From a virus (taxonomy: Duplodnaviria; Caudoviricetes), in IMG/VR virus record IMGVR_UViG_3300043395_004688: DNA of 64,000 bases. The stretch is one strand, 5' to 3'. Positions 1-10,200 of this stretch are shown in pieces. The notes under the pieces were generated by a model. The model was given only the letters and a program-made list of their open reading frames with translations, did not search any database and had not been told where the DNA came from. Every line of letters begins with the position of its first letter. Positions within the stretch are counted from its first letter, which is position 1. Made by a program: the position numbers and the translations under genes.

Positions 1-93
1 GACACCATTGACGGTGCTGCCACTGCCACTATCAATGCTCCATTTGGTTCATTGACCATGGTGTTTGATGGCACACAATGGATTTTAATCTAA
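1..93 (+). CDS. 3' end of a tail-fibre-like protein, paralogue of the next two genes (partial)
   Basis: Frame 1 reads DTIDGAATATINAPFGSLTMVFDGTQWILI*, the same TIDG...VF.G..W.I C-terminal module as 103..576 and 586..1212. Confidence 0.7.
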   Translation, partial: DTIDGAATATINAPFGSLTMVFDGTQWILI

Positions 94-102
94 CAGAATA
101 AT

Positions 103-576
103 ATGGCTTACAATAGACCACCACAAGTAACATTAGCTGGCGTAGGACTTAAACAAAATCCTCCTCCATCTATTATTCAGCCTCCGGGTATTGTTCCGGT
201 AACACTAGAAGCTGAAATTGCAACTACCAACAGCCTTGGTGTAATTCAGGTTGGCAGTGGCTTGTCTATTACACCCAGTGGTGTATTATCAGCAACAGGC
301 AGCAGCGGAAGTAATTTTGTAAATGTTACTCTTACGGGTGTTAGCTATCTAATCACTGCTGATGATTCATATGTTGGTGCTACTAGTAAAAACATCACGC
401 TGACTTTACCCACTGGTCTATTGGGTAGAGTGTACTACATTAAAAACCAAAGTGATGGGAACATCAAAGTACAAGGCTCAGGAGGCCAAACCATAGATGG
501 TAATGCTTTCCAAACATTGGGTTCCAACAGCGGCTTTATGGTCGTGTTTGATGGAGCCAGATGGAATATTTTATAA
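103..576 (+). CDS. Tail-fibre/virion appendage-like protein
   Basis: ATTNSLGVIQVGSGLSITPSGVLSA fibre-type repeat; C-terminal LTLP...YYIKN...TIDG...VFDGARWNIL module. Confidence 0.6.
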   Translation: MAYNRPPQVTLAGVGLKQNPPPSIIQPPGIVPVTLEAEIATTNSLGVIQVGSGLSITPSGVLSATGSSGSNFVNVTLTGVSYLITADDSYVGATSKNITLTLPTGLLGRVYYIKNQSDGNIKVQGSGGQTIDGNAFQTLGSNSGFMVVFDGARWNIL

Positions 577-585
577 GGAAACGAA

Positions 586-1212
586 ATGTCATATCTATTC
601 CCCGAAGGTTCTACCACTGAGCGCGGTGTAGTAGAAGTTGGATCAAATATCGATGTCTTAGATGGCATCATATCCATACCGCAAAGTGTTGCACCCTCTG
701 CTGCAATCTTTTTTGATGAGCTTGATGCAACAAGTGCGCTAAGACTAGACGGCAAGTCTGTTGTTACAGAAATTACACCCACAGCCGGTAGCGGTATTAG
801 CATAACCAACTTGGTTGGAACTGGTCCTGACTCTAGCTTTACTGTAAACAACACCGGTGTTCTGAGTCTGGTTGCTGGTGCCGGTATTACTCTATCAGCC
901 AGCACTGGCATTATCACTGTCAGTGCCACTGGCGCTGACTTTTTGAACACCATTGGTGTTACCAACAATTATACTGCAACAGCCACCGACGAGTATATTG
1001 GAGTCAACAGTACAAGCTTGGTCACTGTTACTTTACCAGCAGGTGTCCAAGGGCGACAGTATATCATCAAAGAAGAAAGAGGCACAGGCACAGGAAGAGT
1101 AAATGTGCAAGGCACTGGCAATGAGACCATTGACGGTAGCCCGTTCAAGCAACTGACCGCCAATGCAAGTTTGACAGTAGTCTTTCGTGCAGGTCAGTGG
1201 CGCATAATTTAA
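586..1212 (+). CDS. Tail-fibre/virion appendage-like protein
   Basis: Gly/Thr/Ser-rich AGSGISIT and AGAGITLS repeats; C-terminal VTLP...TIDG...VFRAGQWRII module. Confidence 0.6.
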   Translation: MSYLFPEGSTTERGVVEVGSNIDVLDGIISIPQSVAPSAAIFFDELDATSALRLDGKSVVTEITPTAGSGISITNLVGTGPDSSFTVNNTGVLSLVAGAGITLSASTGIITVSATGADFLNTIGVTNNYTATATDEYIGVNSTSLVTVTLPAGVQGRQYIIKEERGTGTGRVNVQGTGNETIDGSPFKQLTANASLTVVFRAGQWRII

Positions 1213-1224
1213 TAAGGAAACAAA

Positions 1225-1740
1225 ATGTATAAAAGATCAAATTATTATGCAAACGGAACTAGAATCCCAGATTCTCTTCCAGAAAGCTATCAACCATCCA
1301 CATTGGGTAACGCACCAGTGGGGCAGAAATGTTTGACTTGCAAAAATTTTAATGCAACTACTTTTCAATGCTCACGATGGACTGCCCAAGTTCGACCACG
1401 TTGGTGGTGTGCAGCATGGGAACAAGGCCCTGTTACAGCGGTTCCAGCGACGCTGGGCAAATCTAAGTTGGGTCCTTACAAGCGTGTTGCCACTTCTATT
1501 GTGGAAGAACACTTTGCCAGTGTACCCAAGCTAGGGGCCGCGGCACCGACCAATGAACCCGACACTATTCAACTCAATGTACCACTTATGATTCGTTTAC
1601 TTGAATATGCCAAAGAAGATGCAAAAACTGACATGGATTTACACATGGTTGCAGAGAACCTAATAGATCTATCAGAAGAAGGCGAAGTACTTGATATGGA
1701 AAGCTATGAAGACATAGTTGATATCAACAACAAAGACTAA
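1225..1740 (+). CDS. HiPIP-like four-Cys domain fused to an acidic helical domain
   Basis: YQ...GQKCLTCKNF...CSRW...V.P.WWCAAW follows HiPIP Cys/aromatic spacing; SD-like AAGGAAA upstream. Confidence 0.55.
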   Translation: MYKRSNYYANGTRIPDSLPESYQPSTLGNAPVGQKCLTCKNFNATTFQCSRWTAQVRPRWWCAAWEQGPVTAVPATLGKSKLGPYKRVATSIVEEHFASVPKLGAAAPTNEPDTIQLNVPLMIRLLEYAKEDAKTDMDLHMVAENLIDLSEEGEVLDMESYEDIVDINNKD

Positions 1741-1750
1741 GGAAAATACC

Positions 1751-2404
1751 ATGTACAAAAGAATAACTCATTCCATTGTAGAAGAACATTTTGGTCATCC
1801 AATGGCCAGTGAAATCAAAGAAAGTTTAGATAACAAAAGTGTTACACTAAGATATTTCATTGAACCCATGACCATTGATAAATTTAGATCGGATATTTTT
1901 AACTACTACAACTCATTGACCAGCAAGCTCAATAGTGCTGTTAAGGCTATCGAAAGCGGCAATGAAACTCAGTTAATGGAAACTGAAAAAACTGTATTTG
2001 AAAACATTGATCAAGTGGGTAATTTATTCAAGGGACTTTATGGACTTGAGTTTGGTGAAAGATTCAACCAATTCAATCGCTCGTTTGTGCTTGGCGCATT
2101 GTCTATTGCCAAGAATTTAAAAAACAAGGTAGACATTAGAGACTGGCGCAATCGCTTGGATGTATTCAAGTTTGATTTGGCCAATATGCTTTTTACCAAT
2201 AATAATCTATGGCGACAACCCGACACACAAAACTTGTTGGGACAAATCATTGATGCATTGGTTCAGCACGAGCAGGCGGTCATTAATAAAGACAGCGCAA
2301 ACGAAACTCAAACCAAAGAAAAACTTGTTAATCTTTGGTCATCGTTGGCCAGCACTTTGGCTTTTGGTGCTGCTCAACAACACCCTGCTAAGTTTACCAA
2401 CTGA
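1751..2404 (+). CDS. Hypothetical helical protein
   Basis: Likely start is the ATG at 1751 after AAGGAAAA; N-terminus MYKRITHSIVEEHF repeats a motif inside the previous gene. Confidence 0.7.
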   Translation: MYKRITHSIVEEHFGHPMASEIKESLDNKSVTLRYFIEPMTIDKFRSDIFNYYNSLTSKLNSAVKAIESGNETQLMETEKTVFENIDQVGNLFKGLYGLEFGERFNQFNRSFVLGALSIAKNLKNKVDIRDWRNRLDVFKFDLANMLFTNNNLWRQPDTQNLLGQIIDALVQHEQAVINKDSANETQTKEKLVNLWSSLASTLAFGAAQQHPAKFTN

Positions 2405-3153
2405 TGTCAAGTCGTTGCAAATATCGTGTAAAGCCAGACCGGTCTGATTGGCGAGATCGTTACTATAACTATGCTCGCAGCACGATTCGCGAAAGTGTTG
2501 ACCTACGCGACATGGCCCGTGTTGTGCAATCTCAAAGTGATTTGGGAAGTTGTACAGCACAGGCCATTGTTGCTGCCTATGAGATACTGTTAAAGCGAGA
2601 ATACCCCAGTGAATTTGCTGAGTTGAGTCCATTGTTTGTATACTACAATACACGCATGGAAGATGGTACAATCAACGAAGACACTGGTGCGTATCTACGC
2701 GATGCTCTCAAGGCCCTGGGTCGTTACGGTGTTTGCACCGAAGAAGTCTGGCCCTATGATCCTAAAAAATTCAATGTAAAGCCATCTGCTGAAGCTTATC
2801 TCAATGCCGGCAAATACAGAATCTCAGAATATCGAAGACTGACCAGCATTGACAATATCTTGGATTCTTTGAGCAACGATCATCCAGTGGTTGCTGGAAT
2901 CATGGTCTATTCCAGCTTTGAACAAATAACCAATGAATCTGTTATATTATCCATGCCCTATGACTCTGAAAAAGAACTAGGTGCTCATGCCTTGCTCTTG
3001 GTTGGCTATGATTTAAATAAGAAACAATTATTGGCTCAAAATAGCTTTGGATCTAGTTGGGGCGAAAAAGGATACTTTTGGATACCCTTTGATTACATGC
3101 AACAAGAGCTAACTGATGCTTGGATTTTCAATATACTTGTAAAAAATGATTGA
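2404..3153 (+). CDS. Papain-like cysteine peptidase (C1A family)
   Basis: Q..LGSCTA (catalytic Cys), HALLLVGY (His), QNSFGSSWGEKGYFW (Asn). Confidence 0.9.
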   Translation: MSSRCKYRVKPDRSDWRDRYYNYARSTIRESVDLRDMARVVQSQSDLGSCTAQAIVAAYEILLKREYPSEFAELSPLFVYYNTRMEDGTINEDTGAYLRDALKALGRYGVCTEEVWPYDPKKFNVKPSAEAYLNAGKYRISEYRRLTSIDNILDSLSNDHPVVAGIMVYSSFEQITNESVILSMPYDSEKELGAHALLLVGYDLNKKQLLAQNSFGSSWGEKGYFWIPFDYMQQELTDAWIFNILVKND

Positions 3154-3178
3154 CCATTAATTTAAAATACTGTAAAAT
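3150..3178 (+). promoter_or_regulatory. sigma70-type promoter
   Basis: TTGACC-17 nt-TAAAAT upstream of 3244. Confidence 0.55.
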
Positions 3179-3243
3179 ATCTGATGAAAACTGCATCTCT
3201 TGCTGCCTAATTCATAATTACTTAAAGATTTAAAGGAGACACA

Positions 3244-3444
3244 ATGCCAGACATTGTTGATGACGCCCAAGAGGCCATGGAAATCGCTGAGCAATTGCGC
3301 CAGCAAACTGCTCGCACATTTAAACCCGTTAGAACGGGCAGTTGCATTGAATGCGATGAACCTACGGAATTTACATTCTGTTCGGTTGAGTGCAGAGATA
3401 CCCATGCTCGCCGCGAGCGTATGAGAACCATTACCGGCGGTTAA
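3244..3444 (+). CDS. TraR/DksA-like C4 zinc-finger protein
   Basis: MPDIVDDAQE acidic N-helix and CIEC...FCSVEC; 66 aa; SD AAGGAG. Confidence 0.7.
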   Translation: MPDIVDDAQEAMEIAEQLRQQTARTFKPVRTGSCIECDEPTEFTFCSVECRDTHARRERMRTITGG

Positions 3445-3452
3445 AATAAATA
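3445..3452 (+). promoter_or_regulatory. T4-late-like promoter motif
   Basis: AATAAATA 5 nt before the ATG at 3458. Confidence 0.5.
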
Positions 3453-3457
3453 CGGGT

Positions 3458-4075
3458 ATGCTGTACGCTACCCCATGTAATTTACACAAACACGCCGAAG
3501 TTGAACAGGCTTTGGGAGAAGAACATTTCTATCCCAAAGCCTTTTCCTATTTTGATCTAGACGGATTCGCACTCAATCCTTTAGAACAAGCATATTACCG
3601 CTGTAATGAAATTCCAATCACTGAAGTATTAGGTGTATGGGCGGCACAATATCCTTGGTTAGTACTAGATAGCCAGCCTAATTTTATTATGGATCACTGC
3701 TTTATAGTCACACGCTGTTGTTACACCAAGCAGGCACAGGAGCAGATTCGTCGACATGCCAGCGACTATCCTCAGTTACGAAAAATGATGATGCTAAAGC
3801 CCAAATGGGGGCTAGACTTTGCCTTGGAATACTACAACGATCACGACTACATTGAACTGCTACACATTGAGCAGGATTACAGTAGCTTCAATCAAGCGCA
3901 AGACGCCAAGGAAAAACTTGAAACACAACTATTAAACACAGACTGGCAGGATTTTGCTCGGCAATTGCTGAAATTGCGCGATAGTTGGATTGGTCTCGAA
4001 GGCATGGCTAGAAATGACTGGAAAGCTCGCTACTGGGGGCTAGATCAAGCAGAACACACCCTTAAGGCATTCTGA
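3458..4075 (+). CDS. Hypothetical protein
   Basis: 205 aa ORF filling the gap; no motif recognised. Confidence 0.7.
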   Translation: MLYATPCNLHKHAEVEQALGEEHFYPKAFSYFDLDGFALNPLEQAYYRCNEIPITEVLGVWAAQYPWLVLDSQPNFIMDHCFIVTRCCYTKQAQEQIRRHASDYPQLRKMMMLKPKWGLDFALEYYNDHDYIELLHIEQDYSSFNQAQDAKEKLETQLLNTDWQDFARQLLKLRDSWIGLEGMARNDWKARYWGLDQAEHTLKAF

Positions 4076-4082
4076 CTAAATA
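4075..4082 (+). promoter_or_regulatory. T4-late-like promoter motif
   Basis: ACTAAATA upstream of the modular-protein cluster. Confidence 0.5.
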
Positions 4083-4129
4083 TCCAAATAACCAGCTTTG
4101 ATGTTGGCACATTGCATTGGAAAACTAAA

Positions 4130-6385
4130 ATGAAACTTTACGAAGTTAAAGGCACAGGCAAATTACAGGGCATGACTGTAATGAGTTTGGATGCTTTTGT
4201 CAATGGCGCAAAGCCTGAAAAAGAAATGGACGAAAGCGATATCAGCGGCTTGTTACATGCTGCTAAAAATTACAACAAGTCCTTTTTAATCACTGCGGAC
4301 TGCGACGATGGCAAGCAAAGAACCTATCGTGTAAGAGCACAAAGCGAGCGTGTGGCACGAGAAAAATTTACAGTACATCATGCAATGGCCAAAATCGTCA
4401 GCGTCAAAGAAGAAGGTGTAGAGGAAGCTGCGCCAGCTTTGGCCAAAACAGCAGCAGGTTTGGCATTGGGCGGCATTGCTGCCGCAGGTGCTCCTGGTAT
4501 TGTAGCTATACTGGGTCCGCTAGTGGGAATTCCAGTGGCTGCATATGGTGCTTATAGTGCTGCCAAGTTAGGCATGAAGGGCGTAGAAAAACTATGGGAC
4601 ATGGCCTCTGAAAAGCTGGGCGGTGACGACAAAGTAGAACAGTATGCCACTGCTCAAATTGCTAAACTTCCACCCGAACAACAACAACCTGTTGCTGACA
4701 CCGTTAAGAAATTAGGCGAAAGCAGAACAGCCAAGCTACATCATGGTGTGGTAGAAGGCAAAGAATTTGGTGCTTACTATTATGAACAGCTGGCACAAAA
4801 AGTATTTGATCAGAATCCCAATTTGTCCAGCGAAAATGAAATTTTAGATCTAGGATACAGTATCACTAAAAATGAATTAGGAGCCAGAGCACAAGGCGTA
4901 TTTCGAGACGAAGATTTTGCTGGTGACTTTGTAAGTGCATACAACTGGTTAAAGCAACAGGAGGATGTAACAGAAGGCAGCAAAGACGGAGACAGAATTA
5001 CCATTGCAGCTCAGGGCAAAGGATACATCGTCTATCATAGCTTTGACCGAGATGCCTATACTGCTCGTGGTGTAGGTGAATGGAAAGGTCAAATTGAACC
5101 AGAATGGTTCTACACTCTGGCTGACGCTGAAGAACATGCTGAAATGGAAATTGCAGGACATGACGAGCACTATGGCAAGATTGATGAGCTGACATTCAAA
5201 GGCAGCACCTGCACCAAGGATTGTTCGGGACATGAAGCCGGTTACAACTGGTATCAGCGCAAAGGCCGCGTCCCAAATTCGCATAGCAAGAGTTTCAACA
5301 AAGGAGCTGACATTGCTGCCAACGAATCTGTAAACGAAGCGCCTGGTGATTTTGGTCTTGGTGCAAACTATCGTGACATTCCTGACGAAGAGATGCAGGC
5401 ATTCTTAGATCGTACCAAGAACAAAGAAAAAACCAAGCGTGACAAGTATGACTATCCTTATGTACATGCTTCTAGTATTCAAATCAAAAACGAAGAAGGT
5501 CGTGAATATGATCTAGACAGTCTTAGAAAAGAAATCATGACAAGACCAGCCAGCATTCTAGGACAAAATGCCAAGATGCAACACAGTGAAACTGGAACCG
5601 AAGCAATCTTTGATATTGGTTTGCCGGCTCTTAAAGGTCTTGCTGTAAACGAAAAGACTGGACAGTTTGTTGTGGTAGACACTTGCCCAGGTGCTGGTGC
5701 TTGTAAGACTTACTGCTATGCTATGAAGGGCAGCTATGTAATGTTCAAAGCAGTAAGCATGGGTCTAGCTCGTATGCTTAACTTCTTGCTCAACGACCCT
5801 GAAGGATTTAAAAACAAGCTAAATGCAGAAATTGCTGCCGCAAGATCTAAAATGGCCAAGAAGGGTGCTCGTGTTGTAGTGCGTTGGCATGATGCTGGAG
5901 ACTTCTTTAGTCCTGAATATCTTGACATGGCCTATGGTGTTGCTCGTGACAATCCTGATGTGGGCTTTTATGCTTATACCAAGATTGCAGATGTAGCCAC
6001 TGGCGATCGTCCCAAGAACTTCAACATGAACTTTAGCCAAGGCGCACTTAGTGGACAAGAAAAGAAAGTTGACTTCAAACGAGTCAAGCACAGCAAGGTA
6101 GTGCCCAAGGACATGTTCTTTGATCTAGTGGCGCGAAAAGGATTAAATCTAATCAAGGATGCCAAGGGCCGTATGCAATTTGCCAGCCCAGAGAATCTTG
6201 AGGACTTTAAAACACGCATGGCCAAACACTATGCCATTGACAAAGACAGTATTCTTACATATGATCAGATGATGGACACTCCGGTTGGTGATGCACCAAA
6301 GTGGAATGTGATTGTCATGCCTGGAGACGGTGATAATTCAGCTAACCGCAATGATGTGATTGGCAGTTACCTGTTGTTTCACTGA
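4130..6385 (+). CDS. Modular protein with C-terminal GP88-like (radical-SAM-related) domain; putative head-packaged polyprotein
   Basis: Start MKLYEV at 4130; TCPGAGACKTYCYAMKGSY, VRWHDAGDFFS and FYAYTK motifs; several [ILVM]-x-E linkers. Confidence 0.7.
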   Translation: MKLYEVKGTGKLQGMTVMSLDAFVNGAKPEKEMDESDISGLLHAAKNYNKSFLITADCDDGKQRTYRVRAQSERVAREKFTVHHAMAKIVSVKEEGVEEAAPALAKTAAGLALGGIAAAGAPGIVAILGPLVGIPVAAYGAYSAAKLGMKGVEKLWDMASEKLGGDDKVEQYATAQIAKLPPEQQQPVADTVKKLGESRTAKLHHGVVEGKEFGAYYYEQLAQKVFDQNPNLSSENEILDLGYSITKNELGARAQGVFRDEDFAGDFVSAYNWLKQQEDVTEGSKDGDRITIAAQGKGYIVYHSFDRDAYTARGVGEWKGQIEPEWFYTLADAEEHAEMEIAGHDEHYGKIDELTFKGSTCTKDCSGHEAGYNWYQRKGRVPNSHSKSFNKGADIAANESVNEAPGDFGLGANYRDIPDEEMQAFLDRTKNKEKTKRDKYDYPYVHASSIQIKNEEGREYDLDSLRKEIMTRPASILGQNAKMQHSETGTEAIFDIGLPALKGLAVNEKTGQFVVVDTCPGAGACKTYCYAMKGSYVMFKAVSMGLARMLNFLLNDPEGFKNKLNAEIAAARSKMAKKGARVVVRWHDAGDFFSPEYLDMAYGVARDNPDVGFYAYTKIADVATGDRPKNFNMNFSQGALSGQEKKVDFKRVKHSKVVPKDMFFDLVARKGLNLIKDAKGRMQFASPENLEDFKTRMAKHYAIDKDSILTYDQMMDTPVGDAPKWNVIVMPGDGDNSANRNDVIGSYLLFH

Positions 6386-7227
6386 TGAGATTGCGTGATA
6401 TACTCAGCGAAGTACCCATGGCTGATTATCAGCCATTGGGTGACTTTGACAAGCCAGGTCCTTTTAGAGGTCCGGATAAAAAGCTAGTTCCGCATCCACG
6501 CAATCGTATCAAGGCCGAACGATTCTTTGAACAAACACCTTATGATTTTCGCTTGTTCTTTAGCAACATATCAGGCACAGGTCGTTACAGCGAGTACGGG
6601 CCTATGGATCCTGAGACTGTAAAAATCATATTTGGTGACGATGGGGAAGAAATTGTTCGAGGACACGAAGATGCCATCACCATTGTGTTTGTTGGCAACA
6701 AAGGCGATGCCAAGCGTATGCTTACACCCTGGTTAATGGCACACAGATTTGGTCACGCTATCACTGCTGGCAGCAGAGGAAAACGCGATGCAGGTGGTGC
6801 TTGGCAAGAAGCTGAACGACATTTCTTTAGCAACGTCAATCAGATACTAGGGGACTTTTATGGCCGGACTGGCAACCCAGGCGGGCAATTAAAGTTTGAA
6901 CTTAGCAAAGAGTATAATGCTCTATTCAATGCCATTGGTACTCAGCGTAGCAGTCGCGAAGGCGACATACGCAGACCATATGAATTCCTCTATGAGATTT
7001 TTGCACAGTACCTAGGAACAGGACAGATTACTCTCAACCCGTTGCCTGTCAGCATTGGCTATGGTCAACAAGCCTGGGGGAAGCCTACTAGAGTTATGTC
7101 TGTACGATCAGCAGAACTGCGTGATGAAAATCAAAGACGCCACACAACAGAATTGCTAGCAAGAGACATGGAAATCATGTTCAATGATGTGCTCAGTGAT
7201 GCCGTTGGTAAAATTTATATAATGTGA
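6385..7227 (+). CDS. Hypothetical protein with degenerate zincin-like motif; putative head protein
   Basis: MRLRDILSE leader; AHRFGHA plus downstream YEIFAQY. Confidence 0.6.
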   Translation: MRLRDILSEVPMADYQPLGDFDKPGPFRGPDKKLVPHPRNRIKAERFFEQTPYDFRLFFSNISGTGRYSEYGPMDPETVKIIFGDDGEEIVRGHEDAITIVFVGNKGDAKRMLTPWLMAHRFGHAITAGSRGKRDAGGAWQEAERHFFSNVNQILGDFYGRTGNPGGQLKFELSKEYNALFNAIGTQRSSREGDIRRPYEFLYEIFAQYLGTGQITLNPLPVSIGYGQQAWGKPTRVMSVRSAELRDENQRRHTTELLARDMEIMFNDVLSDAVGKIYIM

Positions 7228-7233
7228 GGCAAC

Positions 7234-10200
7234 ATGACAAGAACTCCAGGTGAATATGTTTATCATGCAGGTTACTTGCCGCGTGGTTTAGAAAGCGTAA
7301 AAAGCAAAGGACTAATTCCCAGCCAAGACGGTTATTCGGGTCCCGGCGTTTACTTTGCCTACGAACCCGACGAGGGTTTTTATCATGTTGATGCCGCTGA
7401 CGCAACCATGTTTCGTGTGCGCTGGAGTGATCTAGTAAACAGATTTGGAGTTTATCCACAAAAACCCGACGGCATTCAAAGAGACGACAATGAAATTATT
7501 GTACCTGGTGCAGTACCAGCCAGCATGTTGGAAGTTGAATACTTCCCAGGCGAATGGTGGGACATTGCTAGTGCAGTTGCCGCCGATCGCGGACCACCAA
7601 TGAACGAAGCCTTGTTGGTCACGGATGTGCCCAGAGAAGAATGGCTTGAAGATAAGATTGCTTATGCTAAAAAGCGCGGGCGCGATAGCTTTGGTGTACC
7701 TTACATGGGCAGCACCACTGGTTATGTGCGTCAACCTTCTCATGTGGTGCTGCCAGTAAGTACTCTGGCTCGTATTCCGGGTGCTCGCGGCGAACAAAGA
7801 AACATAAGGCAAGACGATCTTAAAGCCATCATGCAGATAATGAAGGACACTGGTAAGCTGCCATTGACCAGCAGCGGCAAAGAGTATGTTCCTTTTATAT
7901 GTGTTGCATGGAATGGCGAACCCTGGGTCATGGAAGGCAATCATAGAATCATGGCTGCTGAACGCTTGGGCTGGGAAACATTACCTGTTGAACTAAAATA
8001 TTTTGATGGTGGCGAGCGAGTTAAATCCGGACTGTTGTATCCAGGTAAAATTGGATTGACTGCTCCTGCTCCGGGTACCTCAGTTACCATGAATGAAGAA
8101 ACCATAAAGCTAGGCAAAACTGATACAAGCAGAGCCCGAGAGTTTATTGATGCAGTATACACACGCTATCCTCATACTTTTCAAAACAATCATGTCATGA
8201 GTTGGGGTTCGGGTGAAGAACAAGAAATTTCCATGTTTGAACTTGTCCCTAGCTTTGGTAAACCCAATGCTGTGGAAATTAAGTGGATACAGGCATATCC
8301 ACTGAGAAAAGGTGTAGGCAGTCGTGCAATGAAAGAACTACAAGGCATGGCGCAAGAACACGGTGTGTCGTTGACGTTGTTCCCTTGGGACAAAGGTCGT
8401 GTTAGTCAAGCCAAGCTAATGAAGTTTTATCGCAGTCATGGTTTTCAGCCCACAGTAAAAGGTGCTAAAAATATGATATGGCACCCTGAAGTAGCAGAAG
8501 CCAGTCTTGCAACCATGCGTGACTATTTTGCAGGAAATGACAAAGCTCAAGATCCTACCAAGCTGTCCGTAATGCGTAAGTATTTTGATCAGGTTGACGG
8601 TGTATCAAATATAAATCGCTCTCCGGGAAAGACAGGAAAAATTCCTGCAGGCATTCCACCCGAAATTCAAGCCTTGGTCAACAAGATGTACCATTCTGGA
8701 AAGATTTCTCCTCAAGAATATGAAATTCTAAGAAGGTTCCAGCAACAAACAAAAATTAATGTAATGGGCATTAAAGAAGCCGAAACAGGTACTGCTTATG
8801 CTCGAGATATTTCAAAAGAATTCCGCAAGCTGGGATATTCAAAAATAGGCAGCGGTGCTGACAGTACAATCTGGGCCAAAGACGCCAGCCATGTAATCAA
8901 GATTCTCATGCCCGAAGATGCAGGCAGTCGTGCTGTAGAAGTCTTTAAAAAGTTCTACGAATTCTGTCAAGCCAGACCAGACATACCTTGTTTGCCAGTG
9001 TTTAATGAATACAACACCATTGATGTCCTAGACAAAGAATATATTCAAATTGACATGGAGCGTTTGTATCCTGTCAAGAAAAACACCTTTGAAGAAGCCA
9101 TGATTTGGTATCTTAGTGACTATGTGGCCAACGGTGCCGTCTGGGAACAAGTAAAACAAGAACTGTCTGATCCACATCCATGGATTAATTCGCACTGGCC
9201 ATCAAAGGCCAACAAGCTGGCTCAAACAGTTCAGGAATTATCAAGTCAAGATGAATCAGCTTGGAATCTTTTGTATTCGGTTATGGCCATGCTGTACAAA
9301 ACTGGTCGTATCAACAAACTTGGTTGGGATTTGCACACAGAAAATGTCATGCGCCGCAGTAACGGTCAACTGGTAATCATTGACCCTTGGTTTGCTGATG
9401 CTTCGCTTATTAGCGAAAGCGTTGATGTTGTAGACGAAAACTTTGCTGACGGTCGTAAACCTGGGCGCAAAGGACTTGCCAAGCGCATGGGTGTAGATTG
9501 CAGTAAAAGTGTAACAGCATTGCGTAAATTGGCCGCTGCTAGTTCAGGGGAAAAACAACGCATGGCGCATTGGTGTGCCAATATGAAAGCTGGTAAAAAT
9601 GAAAGCGTCAATGAAGGTTTAGAAAATGTCAATCAAATGAACTATCTAGTTGACTTACCAGTGATTGGCAACAAACTTGCAAAAGTTGTTAATACTGCTG
9701 ACAATAGAATTACTGTGGTTGTCAATATCAATGGTGTTAACATGCCGTTTTATATCAGTACAGGTGAGGGCGGTAAGGCATCAGTTCCAGCTGGTAAATG
9801 GTATCCTTTTTTTGGCACTGGACCCAGTGGTTGGCTAAACAAAGGCAGTGAAAAAACCATTAATGCATTTTATGGCAGCGGTATTTTAAAGTCTTTTGCA
9901 AACCTGCTTAATTTAAAATTAGGTGACCTAAGAAGCAACGAAAAAGACATTCCTTATATTGTGAAGTCTGCAAGAGATATTATCAATAAAGACATGCTTG
10001 ACCCCCAAAATCATTTTGGTGCCGAAGACCTTGGAGAAATAAAGAAATTTAAAAATCGCATCAATTCTATATTAAAAAGACTTGGTGATGACCCGTTCTA
10101 TGCTGTAGATGAATCACTAGATTTAGCCGAAGGCGGATGGGCAAGTACCGCCACACAGAATACCAAGATTACACCCGCAATCATTGATGAAGCTGTGGGC

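Noticed and set aside
435-968. 177-aa minus-strand ORF and the many other antisense or nested ORFs in the track (e.g. 18501..18974, 42653..43054, 46729..47169)
   Set aside because: They shadow well-supported plus-strand genes, and I saw no RBS or motif support for them
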